The notes beneath the pieces are model-generated. The model had not been told where the DNA came from, did no database searches, and saw only the letters and a list, made by a program, of their open reading frames with translations. From Candidatus Omnitrophota bacterium (lineage in GTDB: Bacteria; Omnitrophota; Gorgyraeia; Zapsychrales; JANLHA01): a DNA stretch of 64,000 bases. Below are positions 55,976 to 64,000 of this stretch, one piece after another (the stretch's first letter is position 1; every line of letters begins with the position of its first letter). The position numbers and the translations under genes are program-made. Location of the stretch: positions 1,946,662-2,010,661 of the forward strand of contig OY759724.1 of assembly GCA_963662715.1 (NCBI GenBank). Direction: 5' to 3'.

Positions 55976-57832
55976 ATGGTTGTCCCCATGATGATGAATT
56001 TTTTAACTTTATTGTTATCAACGTGTTGTCTTTGTTATGTGTTCATCCTTGCGCGGGCTATGAGCTTATGCCTGCATCAGGAAGTTTTCTGGCTGAGCCT
56101 TGCTCTGGGAGGTTTTTTCAGCGCGGGATGTGCGGGGTTTTTCTTTTGGATGCGACGTTCTAAAACCGATAAAAATTCTTTGATTTTTATCGAAATGGGC
56201 CAGACAACAGCCGGAGCGCTTGCCGTTCCTTTCATGTATTTGAGTTATTGTTTGAGCCTATATATAGGGGAAACATTGAATTACTACGCGGGTCTGTTTT
56301 TGTTTTTCTCTTTATATTTGTTTGTCGTTCTTTTTCTGGGTCTTTGTTCGGGAGGGGCTTTGTTTCTCTTGTCTCGAGGGAACGGCAAAGATTCAGCCCG
56401 GAATGAAATCGTTCCGGAACGCCTCAGGTTCCACTTTACAGGGTTTCTGTTGTCTGTCATCGTTTTTGTCGTCTTCTGTTGGCTGCGCCGTGAATTGTTT
56501 GTCATCGGATTTTGGTTGGGTTTATTGAACCTCGGTATTGTCTGGGTTTTGATTTTTATCCTAAGACCCCATGAGCAGAATCGGACGCGTAATATTACGG
56601 CCGCGAGTATTCTCCTTTTTTTGCTGACGGTCGCTCTGGTCCGTCAGGCCTCTCTGGAACAGTATTTTTTAAAAAAGTTGTATTTTGTCAAGCCTGTGCA
56701 GCAGATTATGGATGTGTTCCGCCTGGACCCGGAGTGGCAGGATATTACCCGGTATAGAACATCTCATAATAATATTGATATTGTTCCCTTTAACCCTAAT
56801 CCTTTTGATATTTGGCTGTTGTCTTCATACAGCAGGAAATATTTAGACAACCCGGCCTATCCCTGGGCCTATTTTATACTTTTAAATCATCAGCTTCTTC
56901 AGAATGCCCAGTGGGATGAATTTCATCATGAATATTTTATTCATGTCCCTATTATTCTCCAGGGACAGGTCCCCAGAAAAGTTCTCATATTGGGAAACGG
57001 GGGAGGGTTGTTATTAAAAGACCTTATTCAATATGATTCTATCGAGAGCATCACTTGTGTTGAACGCGATCCCGAGATAATGGATTTCTTCCTGAGTCAT
57101 TCCATGATGCAGTATATGGGCAGTGGTTCCCTGGGGGACCCCCGGGTTGAAATCGTTGATGAAGAAGGCCTGTTATTCATGCAGGATAAAGCCCGGGATT
57201 ACGATGCTATCTATATAACGTCTCCGGATGTTTCGGGTTATGAATTCAGTCAATATTATAGCCAGGAATTTTTCCGTTTTATCGGAGAACATTTGAATGA
57301 GAACGGTTTTATCGTGATTGATCCTAAAGGGATTGTTGGTCCCGGTCCGGAGACCGTTACGGACCGACGGCTTAACCCCTGGCCGAAATATTTAAGTACT
57401 CTGATGTCTTCCGGGTATAAAACAATCGTGCCTTATGCCATAAATTTGGAGCCCGACAATCCGAAAATTCTTGAGAAAATAGGAATTGTCCTCTACGGCC
57501 GGGACTTTTTTGCGTCCGGTTCCTGCGACCCTCAAATTTCATCTTGTGTGCCTGAAGAAGAAAAATTGCATGCTGTCAAACGCATTGTTTCATCATTCGT
57601 TAAAAGTTTCCGGCAGGGATTTATTTTTATGAAGAAAAAAGAGACTCCCTTGTATTCGGATGTTCCCCTGGCAGGCGTTCCTTGGCAGGTTTTAAATCAG
57701 AACCGGGTTGACCGGGCCCTGGCATGGCGTCCGGCTTTCCCGGAATCCTTTGATAGCACGCAAGTCAATTCTCTCCTGCGGCCCACGTTGCCCGTGTTCC
57801 GGTTGCGTTCTTTATTGCCCATATCCGAATAA
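55976..57832 (+). CDS. fused membrane domain / spermidine-synthase-like protein (second paralog)
   Basis: N-terminal 6-7 TM, then 'VLILGNGGGLLLKDL...ITCVERDPEIMDFF...DPRVEIVDEEGLLFM...YDAIYITSPDVSG...FFRFIGEHLNENGFIVI' (SpeE-like fold with the Asp retained). Confidence 0.65.
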   Translation: MVVPMMMNFLTLLLSTCCLCYVFILARAMSLCLHQEVFWLSLALGGFFSAGCAGFFFWMRRSKTDKNSLIFIEMGQTTAGALAVPFMYLSYCLSLYIGETLNYYAGLFLFFSLYLFVVLFLGLCSGGALFLLSRGNGKDSARNEIVPERLRFHFTGFLLSVIVFVVFCWLRRELFVIGFWLGLLNLGIVWVLIFILRPHEQNRTRNITAASILLFLLTVALVRQASLEQYFLKKLYFVKPVQQIMDVFRLDPEWQDITRYRTSHNNIDIVPFNPNPFDIWLLSSYSRKYLDNPAYPWAYFILLNHQLLQNAQWDEFHHEYFIHVPIILQGQVPRKVLILGNGGGLLLKDLIQYDSIESITCVERDPEIMDFFLSHSMMQYMGSGSLGDPRVEIVDEEGLLFMQDKARDYDAIYITSPDVSGYEFSQYYSQEFFRFIGEHLNENGFIVIDPKGIVGPGPETVTDRRLNPWPKYLSTLMSSGYKTIVPYAINLEPDNPKILEKIGIVLYGRDFFASGSCDPQISSCVPEEEKLHAVKRIVSSFVKSFRQGFIFMKKKETPLYSDVPLAGVPWQVLNQNRVDRALAWRPAFPESFDSTQVNSLLRPTLPVFRLRSLLPISE

Positions 57833-57973
57833 TTTCTCCTGAAATTATATTTCTAGAAGAGGAATAAAAACGGCCTCTTTTTTCCCGGCCGGCAGAAGGC
57901 ATCATATTTTTAAATAGGAAAGCCTGTGTTTTCTTTGAGATTTTTAAAGGAGAAATAATTTATGCGAGGGGGC

Positions 57974-58207
57974 TTATTCAGATGGTTTGTAAGACTCCAG
58001 CCTTTTTTTCTGCAGTTCCTTTTGCTGTTCCAGCAGCTTGCGTTGCTGTTCTTTTCTTTCAGCCTGCAATCTTTCCATGTCATTCGAACCGGAAAAAATG
58101 TTTTCTATGGCGGAGGAACTGGAAGAGTTTTCTGCGGAGGAAGAATCAAAGGGCTGCGAGCAGCCCGTGCATAATATTATACATAAAAATAAGCTAAAGA
58201 ATTTCAT
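57974..58207 (-). CDS. possible small lipoprotein with Ser-rich and coiled-coil segments (77 aa)
   Basis: 'MKFFSLFLCIILCTGCSQP' signal peptide with a Cys. A plus-strand ORF of equal size overlaps it, and there is no clear RBS. Confidence 0.3.
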   Translation of the reverse strand: MKFFSLFLCIILCTGCSQPFDSSSAENSSSSSAIENIFSGSNDMERLQAERKEQQRKLLEQQKELQKKRLESYKPSE

Positions 58208-58255
58208 CGTGAGAAAGGTCAGGGGTAAAAAATAGTTGTTCCGGTGCGGCCGATT

Positions 58256-58483
58256 TTAACGTCTCTGCAGATCCTTTATCCTCTGTTCCCTGTCTTGTTG
58301 GAGCCGACGTTGGCGTTTTCTGACCTCCTCGGCTGTATTCTGGGTGTAACGCTGCTGCTCTGCTGAAACGGAAGCATCGACTTCTGGTTTGCTGTTATAA
58401 GTTTTTTCAACGAAGTACAGCCATCCGAAGTAGAGGGCCAATAACCAAGCGATTCCTGCTACTAGAATAATAAATCCTCGCAT
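58256..58483 (-). CDS. small membrane-anchored protein (75 aa) with a basic coiled-coil tail
   Basis: 'FIILVAGIAWLLALYFGWLYF' TM helix, then RRLQQDREQR... No clear RBS. Confidence 0.3.
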   Translation of the reverse strand: MRGFIILVAGIAWLLALYFGWLYFVEKTYNSKPEVDASVSAEQQRYTQNTAEEVRKRQRRLQQDREQRIKDLQRR

Positions 58484-58756
58484 AGAAGTAGTATAACTAA
58501 AAAAAACAGAATCTTCAATAGCAAGATAATAGTTCTTGATCTTTAATAAAAATTATGTCAAATTGGTTACGTTACTTCCTGGGGAATCGGGGGTTCCGGT
58601 TCTCTGCAGCCGTTGATGGGCATTATGGAATGCCTTGGGATGCAGCCTGTCGCGCAACGGCAAGATGTCAATGCCGATGGTCTTTTCGCTCGTTGAGTCA
58701 TTACGTCATTCGTAAGAATAAATTTAACAATTCGCAGTATTAAGGAGGAGTGCGTT

Positions 58757-59146
58757 ATGGATGAAGGATATGATTTTAAAAAGGAATGGCCTAAAATTCA
58801 GAAAGAATTGCGACGAATGAGTGACGAAGCCCTGAAAGTGGTTAAGAAAGGAGAGAAGGAATTAGTCAAATTTTCTAAAGTCAGCAGGGTTCATGTTGAT
58901 TCCGCTGCCTTGCGGCTGAAACAAGAACATTTGTTCCATCTTTTGGGCAGGGAATATGTTAAAGCAAAATTCCCCGGGACGCATTCCCCGAAAATGAAAA
59001 AACTTATAGGGGAGTATAGTAAGCTGGAAAAAGAACTGACTGTTCTCAGGCAGGAGTTGAAAGCAAAGGGCCCCGTGAGGAAGAAGAAAACTTCAGGAAC
59101 AAAAAAAAGGACTAAACAGGCGTCTTCAGCCGGTAAGAAAGCTTAG
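58757..59146 (+). CDS. basic coiled-coil protein (129 aa) with a Lys-rich C-terminal tail
   Basis: Strong RBS AAGGAGGAG. Helical N-terminus and the tail 'VRKKKTSGTKKRTKQASSAGKKA'. Confidence 0.5.
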   Translation: MDEGYDFKKEWPKIQKELRRMSDEALKVVKKGEKELVKFSKVSRVHVDSAALRLKQEHLFHLLGREYVKAKFPGTHSPKMKKLIGEYSKLEKELTVLRQELKAKGPVRKKKTSGTKKRTKQASSAGKKA

Positions 59147-59202
59147 CTGTCCCGGCATAATTCGTTGATTTATCAGATTTCGGGAGTATGGAGTTATAAG
59201 GC

Positions 59203-59231
59203 TTGACTATTCTGAGACCTGATAGTATAAT
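59203..59231 (+). promoter_or_regulatory. consensus sigma-70 promoter for rpsO-pnp (TTGACT-17-TATAAT)
   Basis: TTGACT at 59203-59208, a 17-nt spacer, TATAAT at 59226-59231, about 55 nt before rpsO. Confidence 0.55.
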
Positions 59232-59286
59232 ACACGCCACGTTTATAACTATTAATAATTAATATAATTAGGGAGGAAAAGGTAAA

Positions 59287-59556
59287 TTGGTGTTAATTAA
59301 GGAAAGAAAAACTGAAGTGATCGACAATTTTAGAGTGCATGCGAAGGACACCGGGTCGGCAGAAGTCCAGGTGGCTTTGTTAAGTGAAAAGATCAAATAT
59401 CTCTCGGAACATCTGAAGGTTCATCGCAAGGATTTCCATTCTAGACGCGGTTTGCTTATGATGATTGGAAAAAGACGGCGTCTTTTATCCTACCTTAAAA
59501 AGAAGAATCCACAGAGATACGAAGAAACCATTAAGAAACTCGATTTACGTAAATGA
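59287..59556 (+). CDS. rpsO: 30S ribosomal protein S15
   Basis: '...[48 protein letters not shown]' is an S15 signature. The start is TTG/GTG, 13-16 nt after GGAGG. Confidence 0.9.
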   Translation: MVLIKERKTEVIDNFRVHAKDTGSAEVQVALLSEKIKYLSEHLKVHRKDFHSRRGLLMMIGKRRRLLSYLKKKNPQRYEETIKKLDLRK

Positions 59557-59565
59557 GGTTAATAC

Positions 59566-61677
59566 ATGACGTTAGGACGAATTGAAATCCCTTTCGGTGC
59601 CCAGAATCTAATTATTGAAAGCGGCAGACTTGCCAAACAAGCTAATGGTGCAGTAACAGTGACTTATGGCGGGACTGTCGTTCTTGTAACAGCCTGTATG
59701 GCTAAAAAACCCAGAGAAGGAATAGATTTTTTCCCTCTTATGGTTGAATATCAAGAAAAAACATATTCTGCCGGCAGAATTCCGGGGGGATTCTTTAAAC
59801 GGGAAGGCCGGCCGACGGAAAAAGAGATTTTGACAGCCCGGGTCATTGACCGGCCGTTAAGACCGTTGTTCCCGGAAGGATTATATAATGATGTGCAGAT
59901 CGTTGCTTCAGTCTTGAGCAGTGACGGTGAATATGACCCGGATATCCTCGCTCTGGTCGGGGCTTCGGCCGCTTTGATTGTTTCGGATATCCCGTTTGAC
60001 TTCTCTCTGGGGGCTGTGCGGGTCGGCTGTATTGAAGAACAGTTTATTTTAAATCCTTCTTATGCGCAGAGAGATGAGAGTGATTTGGATTTTATTGTCG
60101 CTGGACATGAAGACGGAATTGCGATGATTGAAGGCGACGGGAAGTCTATTTCTGAAGAAAAAATTTTGAATGCTTTGAAATTCGCTTATGAAGCCTTAAT
60201 CCCTATTGCCGCGATTCAGAATGAATTGCGCAAAGAAGTCGGAAAGCCCAAACAGGAGGTGGAGGTCCGCCTGCCGCATCCGGGCCTGATTGATAAAATC
60301 AGAAATTTGGCGCAGGGACGGTTGACGGATGTTTACAAAATCGGTGACAAGGAAGAACGCGAAGACGCTTTACACGAAATTTTTGAAACCCTTGTCCAGG
60401 ATATGTCTGTTTTTGATGAATTTAAATCAGAAGAGGATGATGAGATTAGCGAATCCTCAATCCGCCGGATTTTTGACCAGATTGAATATGAAGAGGTGCG
60501 GCGTCTTATCCTTAAAGAGGGCCGCCGGGCAGATGGCCGGGGGCTGAAAGATATCCGTCCCATTACCTGCGAGGTGAACGTTTTGCCCCGCACGCATGGG
60601 GCCAGCCTTTTCACAAGAGGGCAGACACAAAGTCTGGCCATTGTGACTTTGGGGACGAAAAGAGATGAACAGCTGATTGAATCGCTGGAAGAAACGTCTT
60701 ATAAGAATTTTATGCTGCATTACAACTTCCCCTCTTTCAGTGTCGGAGAGACCCGGCCTATGCGCGGACCTGGCCGTCGGGAAATCGGGCATGGAGCTTT
60801 AGCCGCGCGGTCTCTTGTCCCTGTATTGCCGACTAAGGATGAGTTCCCTTACACGGTCCGGGTGGTTTCGGAAATATTGGAATCTAACGGATCTTCGAGC
60901 ATGGCTTCTGTCTGTGCCGGCTGTTTATCCCTGATGGATGCCGGGGTTCCGATCAAGGACACGGTTGCCGGGATATCCATAGGATTAATCACGGATGAAG
61001 AGGATCAGCTCCTTATTACGGATATCATGGGATTAGAGGACCATTTCGGAGATATGGATTTTAAAGTGGCCGGGACACGAAAAGGGGTAACGGGTATTCA
61101 GCTTGATTTGAAAATCAAGCAGGTCAACCTGGATCTTTTAGCTAAGGCGCTTGAGCAGGCCCGGGAAGCCCGTTTATTCATCCTGGACAAAATGCATGCG
61201 GCGATTGCTTCTCCAAGAGAGGAGTTGTCGGAATATGCGCCAAGAATTATGAGTTGTCAAATTCCGACAGAGAAGATCGGAGAAGTGATCGGGCCGGGCG
61301 GCCGTGTTATCAAAAAGATCATGGAGGAGACCGGTGTGACCTCCATCGACATTGAGGATGACGGGAAAGTGCTTATAGCATCTTCTGATAAGATCGCTGC
61401 CGAAAAAGCGCTGGAAACCATAAAAGCTATCATCGAGGAGCCGGAAGTCGGAAAAATTTATATGTCGACGGTTAAACGCGTCACAAACTTCGGCGCGTTT
61501 GTCGAATTTCTCCCCGGGAAGGAAGGCTTGGTTCACATATCCGAGTTGTCAGACACTTATGTCAAAGACTGTAATGATGTTGTGCATGAGGGAGACCGGT
61601 TTAAAGTAAAACTTATCGAGATTGATAAGTTGAAGAGGGTTAACTTGAGCAAAAAGCAGGCAGAAGCTGCTGAATAA
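59566..61677 (+). CDS. pnp: polyribonucleotide nucleotidyltransferase (PNPase)
   Basis: Two RNase PH domains, a KH domain ('IGEVIGPGGRVIKKI') and a C-terminal S1 domain ('GKIYMSTVKRVTNFGAFVEF'). Confidence 0.95.
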   Translation: MTLGRIEIPFGAQNLIIESGRLAKQANGAVTVTYGGTVVLVTACMAKKPREGIDFFPLMVEYQEKTYSAGRIPGGFFKREGRPTEKEILTARVIDRPLRPLFPEGLYNDVQIVASVLSSDGEYDPDILALVGASAALIVSDIPFDFSLGAVRVGCIEEQFILNPSYAQRDESDLDFIVAGHEDGIAMIEGDGKSISEEKILNALKFAYEALIPIAAIQNELRKEVGKPKQEVEVRLPHPGLIDKIRNLAQGRLTDVYKIGDKEEREDALHEIFETLVQDMSVFDEFKSEEDDEISESSIRRIFDQIEYEEVRRLILKEGRRADGRGLKDIRPITCEVNVLPRTHGASLFTRGQTQSLAIVTLGTKRDEQLIESLEETSYKNFMLHYNFPSFSVGETRPMRGPGRREIGHGALAARSLVPVLPTKDEFPYTVRVVSEILESNGSSSMASVCAGCLSLMDAGVPIKDTVAGISIGLITDEEDQLLITDIMGLEDHFGDMDFKVAGTRKGVTGIQLDLKIKQVNLDLLAKALEQAREARLFILDKMHAAIASPREELSEYAPRIMSCQIPTEKIGEVIGPGGRVIKKIMEETGVTSIDIEDDGKVLIASSDKIAAEKALETIKAIIEEPEVGKIYMSTVKRVTNFGAFVEFLPGKEGLVHISELSDTYVKDCNDVVHEGDRFKVKLIEIDKLKRVNLSKKQAEAAE

Positions 61678-61966
61678 ATATATTTTGCTTCTTAGGCAAA
61701 ACGGAATTTGGGAATGCGTTTGTTTTATGAAAGTTCCGGAAGCGAAATGGTCTTTAAAGAGAACTATAAATATTAGAAATAGATTGAAAAATTTCTAATG
61801 TGATAGAAAATAAGATAAGAAAGCAACAACAGACTCTCAGGTTTCTTCAATAAACTATTGTATCTGTGTGTATAATCCTGAATATTTTCAGGCTTGCCGC
61901 TCCTGGATGAAATCAAGACCGCAATTTGTATTTAATTGATTCGTTTTTGGTTTTTATCGATCTCCG

Positions 61967-64000
61967 ATGAAAAAGGAACTCCTCAATGAAATCCAAGGAA
62001 TTGTCGTTCTTGCCATTGGCTTGATTCTCCTCGCCAGTCTCATTTCTTTTGTTCCGGAAGACCTCCCCTGGTACAGCACGCAAACCCAGGGGGCCGTGAG
62101 CAACCTTGTCGGTATCGTCGGTGCTTATACCGCCGGGACACTTTTTTTCGCTTTTGGTTACAGCGCTTACTGTCTGGTTATCTTCCTTTTCTTCTGGAGT
62201 TGGAACCAATTTTCCCAGCAGGAACTGGATTTCACTGTCCCGAAGGTCCTTATTGCATTTATTCTTTTTTGCGTTGTGAGTTCTCTGCTGGCTATGGCGG
62301 GGGATGGGGCGAGTGTCGCCCGTTTTGAACGGGGCGGCCTTATTGGCTTTGTTTCGGCCGATTATCTTGTCCGTTATTTAAGACCCACCGGAGCGTATAT
62401 TATCCTTTTAACATTGGGATCGCTCACCCTGGTTTTAACAGGGGAGTTTTTAGTTTCTCCCCTGCTTTTTAAATTAACCGAATGGGGCCGGCGGTTCCTG
62501 TTTTATTGCCGGGACGGATTGCTGGAATGGGTTGAACAGAGGAAAGCCAGGGCGATAACAACTCCTAAAAACAAGCCGCGTTTTAAAATAAATATTCAAC
62601 AGCCGCAGAGAAAGAAAGAGACGGCCGAGGTTGCTGAGGAGGACGAAGAAGAGGATGAAGAATATGAAGAGGAGGAATATGAGGAAGCGGAAGATTCTTT
62701 CCAGCCTGCTCCCGGTCGCCGGAAGCCCAGAATACGCATTGCAAAATCTAAAGGAAAGTCGCCTGATCCTGAATCTTTGACCCCTAAAGTCGTTGGGGAA
62801 TATATTATCCCGAGTTTAGAGCTTCTGGCCTCTCCGCCTCAAATTCCGACTTCAAAGCTGGAGAGTGATCTGGAGGAGGGGGCGAGGACATTGGAAAACA
62901 CGCTGGGAGACTTTAACGTCAGTGCTCGGGTTGCGGATATAGAGCGGGGGCCGGTTATTACGCGGTATGAACTGGAGCCGGCGCCTGGGGTGAAAATTCA
63001 GAAAATTACAACATTATCTGACGACATCGCTTTAGCGATGCGGGCGGCCGCGATACGGATCGTTGCTCCTATCCCGGGCAAGAACCGCGTCGGGATAGAA
63101 GTTCCCAACAGTTCAACGGCAGCGGTTTTTCTTAAGGAAGTGTTAACGGAAAGCAATTTTCAGAAATCCAAGTCAAAACTTATGCTGGCCATCGGGAAGA
63201 ATATCTCGGGGCGACCGATTATCGCAGATTTGGGGGAAATGCCTCATTTATTGATCGCCGGGACCACCGGAGCCGGCAAGACGGTTTGCGTGAACAGTTT
63301 AATTATGTCCATGTTGTTTAACGCCACCCCCGATGAAGTGAAATTTCTTATGGTTGACCCGAAAATGGTCGAACTTGCCCAGTATAATGATATTCCCCAT
63401 ATGCTTTGCCCGGCCGTAACCGACCACAAGAAAGTCTCTTCGGCTCTTAATTGGGTCGTGGGGGAAATGGAAAACAGGTATCAGATGTTGTCGAAAGCCG
63501 GTGTCCGGAATATCAAGGCCTATCATGCCAAAGGGATGAGTCTGCCGTATATTGTGATTATTATTGATGAGCTGGCGGACCTTATGCAGGTGTCGGCCAA
63601 GACCGTTGAAAGCGCTATTACACGTCTTGCCCAATTATCAAGAGCGGTGGGGATCCATCTGATTCTGGCGACTCAGAGACCTTCGGTCGATGTCATCACC
63701 GGGGTCATTAAGGCGAACTTTCCGGCCAGGATATCCTTTAAAGTGGCCTCAAAGGTCGATTCAAGAACCGTTTTGGATATGAACGGGGCCGAGACTTTGC
63801 TGGGGAAAGGGGACATGCTTTTTATGAAGCCGGGTGATGCCAAGCCGACCCGGGGGCAATGCAGTTATGTTACGGACGACGAAGTTCATCAGGTGATTGA
63901 TTTTATCAAGAATCAGCAAGAGCCGACTTATGACAACACGATCCTTACGTCACAAAAAGGGGGCGGGGCCGGGGATTCTGACCATAAAGATGAATTGTAC
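61967..64000 (+). CDS. ftsK: DNA translocase FtsK, 3'-truncated at the window edge
   Basis: The frame is open from the ATG at 61967 to the window end. N-terminal 4-TM domain, acidic/Pro linker, Walker A 'LIAGTTGAGKTVCVN', 'IIDELADLM' and 'HLILATQRPSVDVITG'. It is absent from the ORF track because there is no stop within the window. Confidence 0.85.
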   Translation, partial: MKKELLNEIQGIVVLAIGLILLASLISFVPEDLPWYSTQTQGAVSNLVGIVGAYTAGTLFFAFGYSAYCLVIFLFFWSWNQFSQQELDFTVPKVLIAFILFCVVSSLLAMAGDGASVARFERGGLIGFVSADYLVRYLRPTGAYIILLTLGSLTLVLTGEFLVSPLLFKLTEWGRRFLFYCRDGLLEWVEQRKARAITTPKNKPRFKINIQQPQRKKETAEVAEEDEEEDEEYEEEEYEEAEDSFQPAPGRRKPRIRIAKSKGKSPDPESLTPKVVGEYIIPSLELLASPPQIPTSKLESDLEEGARTLENTLGDFNVSARVADIERGPVITRYELEPAPGVKIQKITTLSDDIALAMRAAAIRIVAPIPGKNRVGIEVPNSSTAAVFLKEVLTESNFQKSKSKLMLAIGKNISGRPIIADLGEMPHLLIAGTTGAGKTVCVNSLIMSMLFNATPDEVKFLMVDPKMVELAQYNDIPHMLCPAVTDHKKVSSALNWVVGEMENRYQMLSKAGVRNIKAYHAKGMSLPYIVIIIDELADLMQVSAKTVESAITRLAQLSRAVGIHLILATQRPSVDVITGVIKANFPARISFKVASKVDSRTVLDMNGAETLLGKGDMLFMKPGDAKPTRGQCSYVTDDEVHQVIDFIKNQQEPTYDNTILTSQKGGGAGDSDHKDELY

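Noticed and set aside
57962-58235. Three plus-strand ORFs (65-71 aa) overlapping the putative minus-strand lipoprotein
   Set aside because: Their translations (e.g. FLLLFQQLALLFFSF...) look like reverse-complement artefacts of the E/Q/K-rich minus-strand coiled coil. The coding strand itself stays low-confidence.
61913-62209. 98-aa minus-strand ORF at the 5' end of ftsK, and the minus-strand ORFs at 63244-63634
   Set aside because: They are antisense to the uninterrupted ftsK reading frame, which carries unmistakable FtsK motifs. The ORF track omits ftsK only because the gene has no stop codon inside the window.

Overview
This 64-kb window is a bacterial chromosomal segment of about 50% GC. 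It is mostly plus-strand coding, with a housekeeping backbone and several blocks of lineage-specific envelope and surface genes. The gene content suggests an uncultivated anaerobe, but the taxon cannot be set from sequence alone. Backbone genes: dtd-tatD, nfnAB-like oxidoreductase, panB, glyQS, ppdK, a sigma-70 factor, apt, tRNA-Arg(CCT), rpsO-pnp and the 5' part of ftsK. I found no CRISPR array and no obvious mobile element. The strongest candidate for a new system is at 34.6-37.5 kb. It contains a ParA/MinD-type ATPase fused to an AMPK-beta-like glycogen-binding domain (CBM48). The flanking genes are a membrane-anchored possible carbohydrate-binding protein, a DUF4870 membrane protein, and a lysine-rich disordered protein ending in an EF-Tu domain-II-like barrel. 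Together this looks like a ParA-based positioning module for polyglucan or glycogen granules. Three other blocks stand out. First, a 15-kb glycoconjugate locus (37.8-53.2 kb): a UbiA-family decaprenyl-phosphate phosphoribosyltransferase-like gene, two GT2, a GDSL hydrolase, an FAD oxidoreductase, an SDR epimerase and five large polytopic GT-C-like membrane proteins. Second, two paralogous type-IV/Flp-like prepilins (53.8-55.7 kb); one carries about four tandem Cys-rich repeats (CxxCxxCxPCCGDGxC) and a Pro-Thr tail encoded by an exact 2x48-nt tandem DNA repeat. Third, two fused membrane/spermidine-synthase-like paralogs. I also note a sigma factor gene overlapping by 11 nt a LacI-type effector domain that lacks an HTH, and an operator-like palindrome before a porin-like gene. 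All functional calls come from motifs I recognised by eye; I ran no database search.
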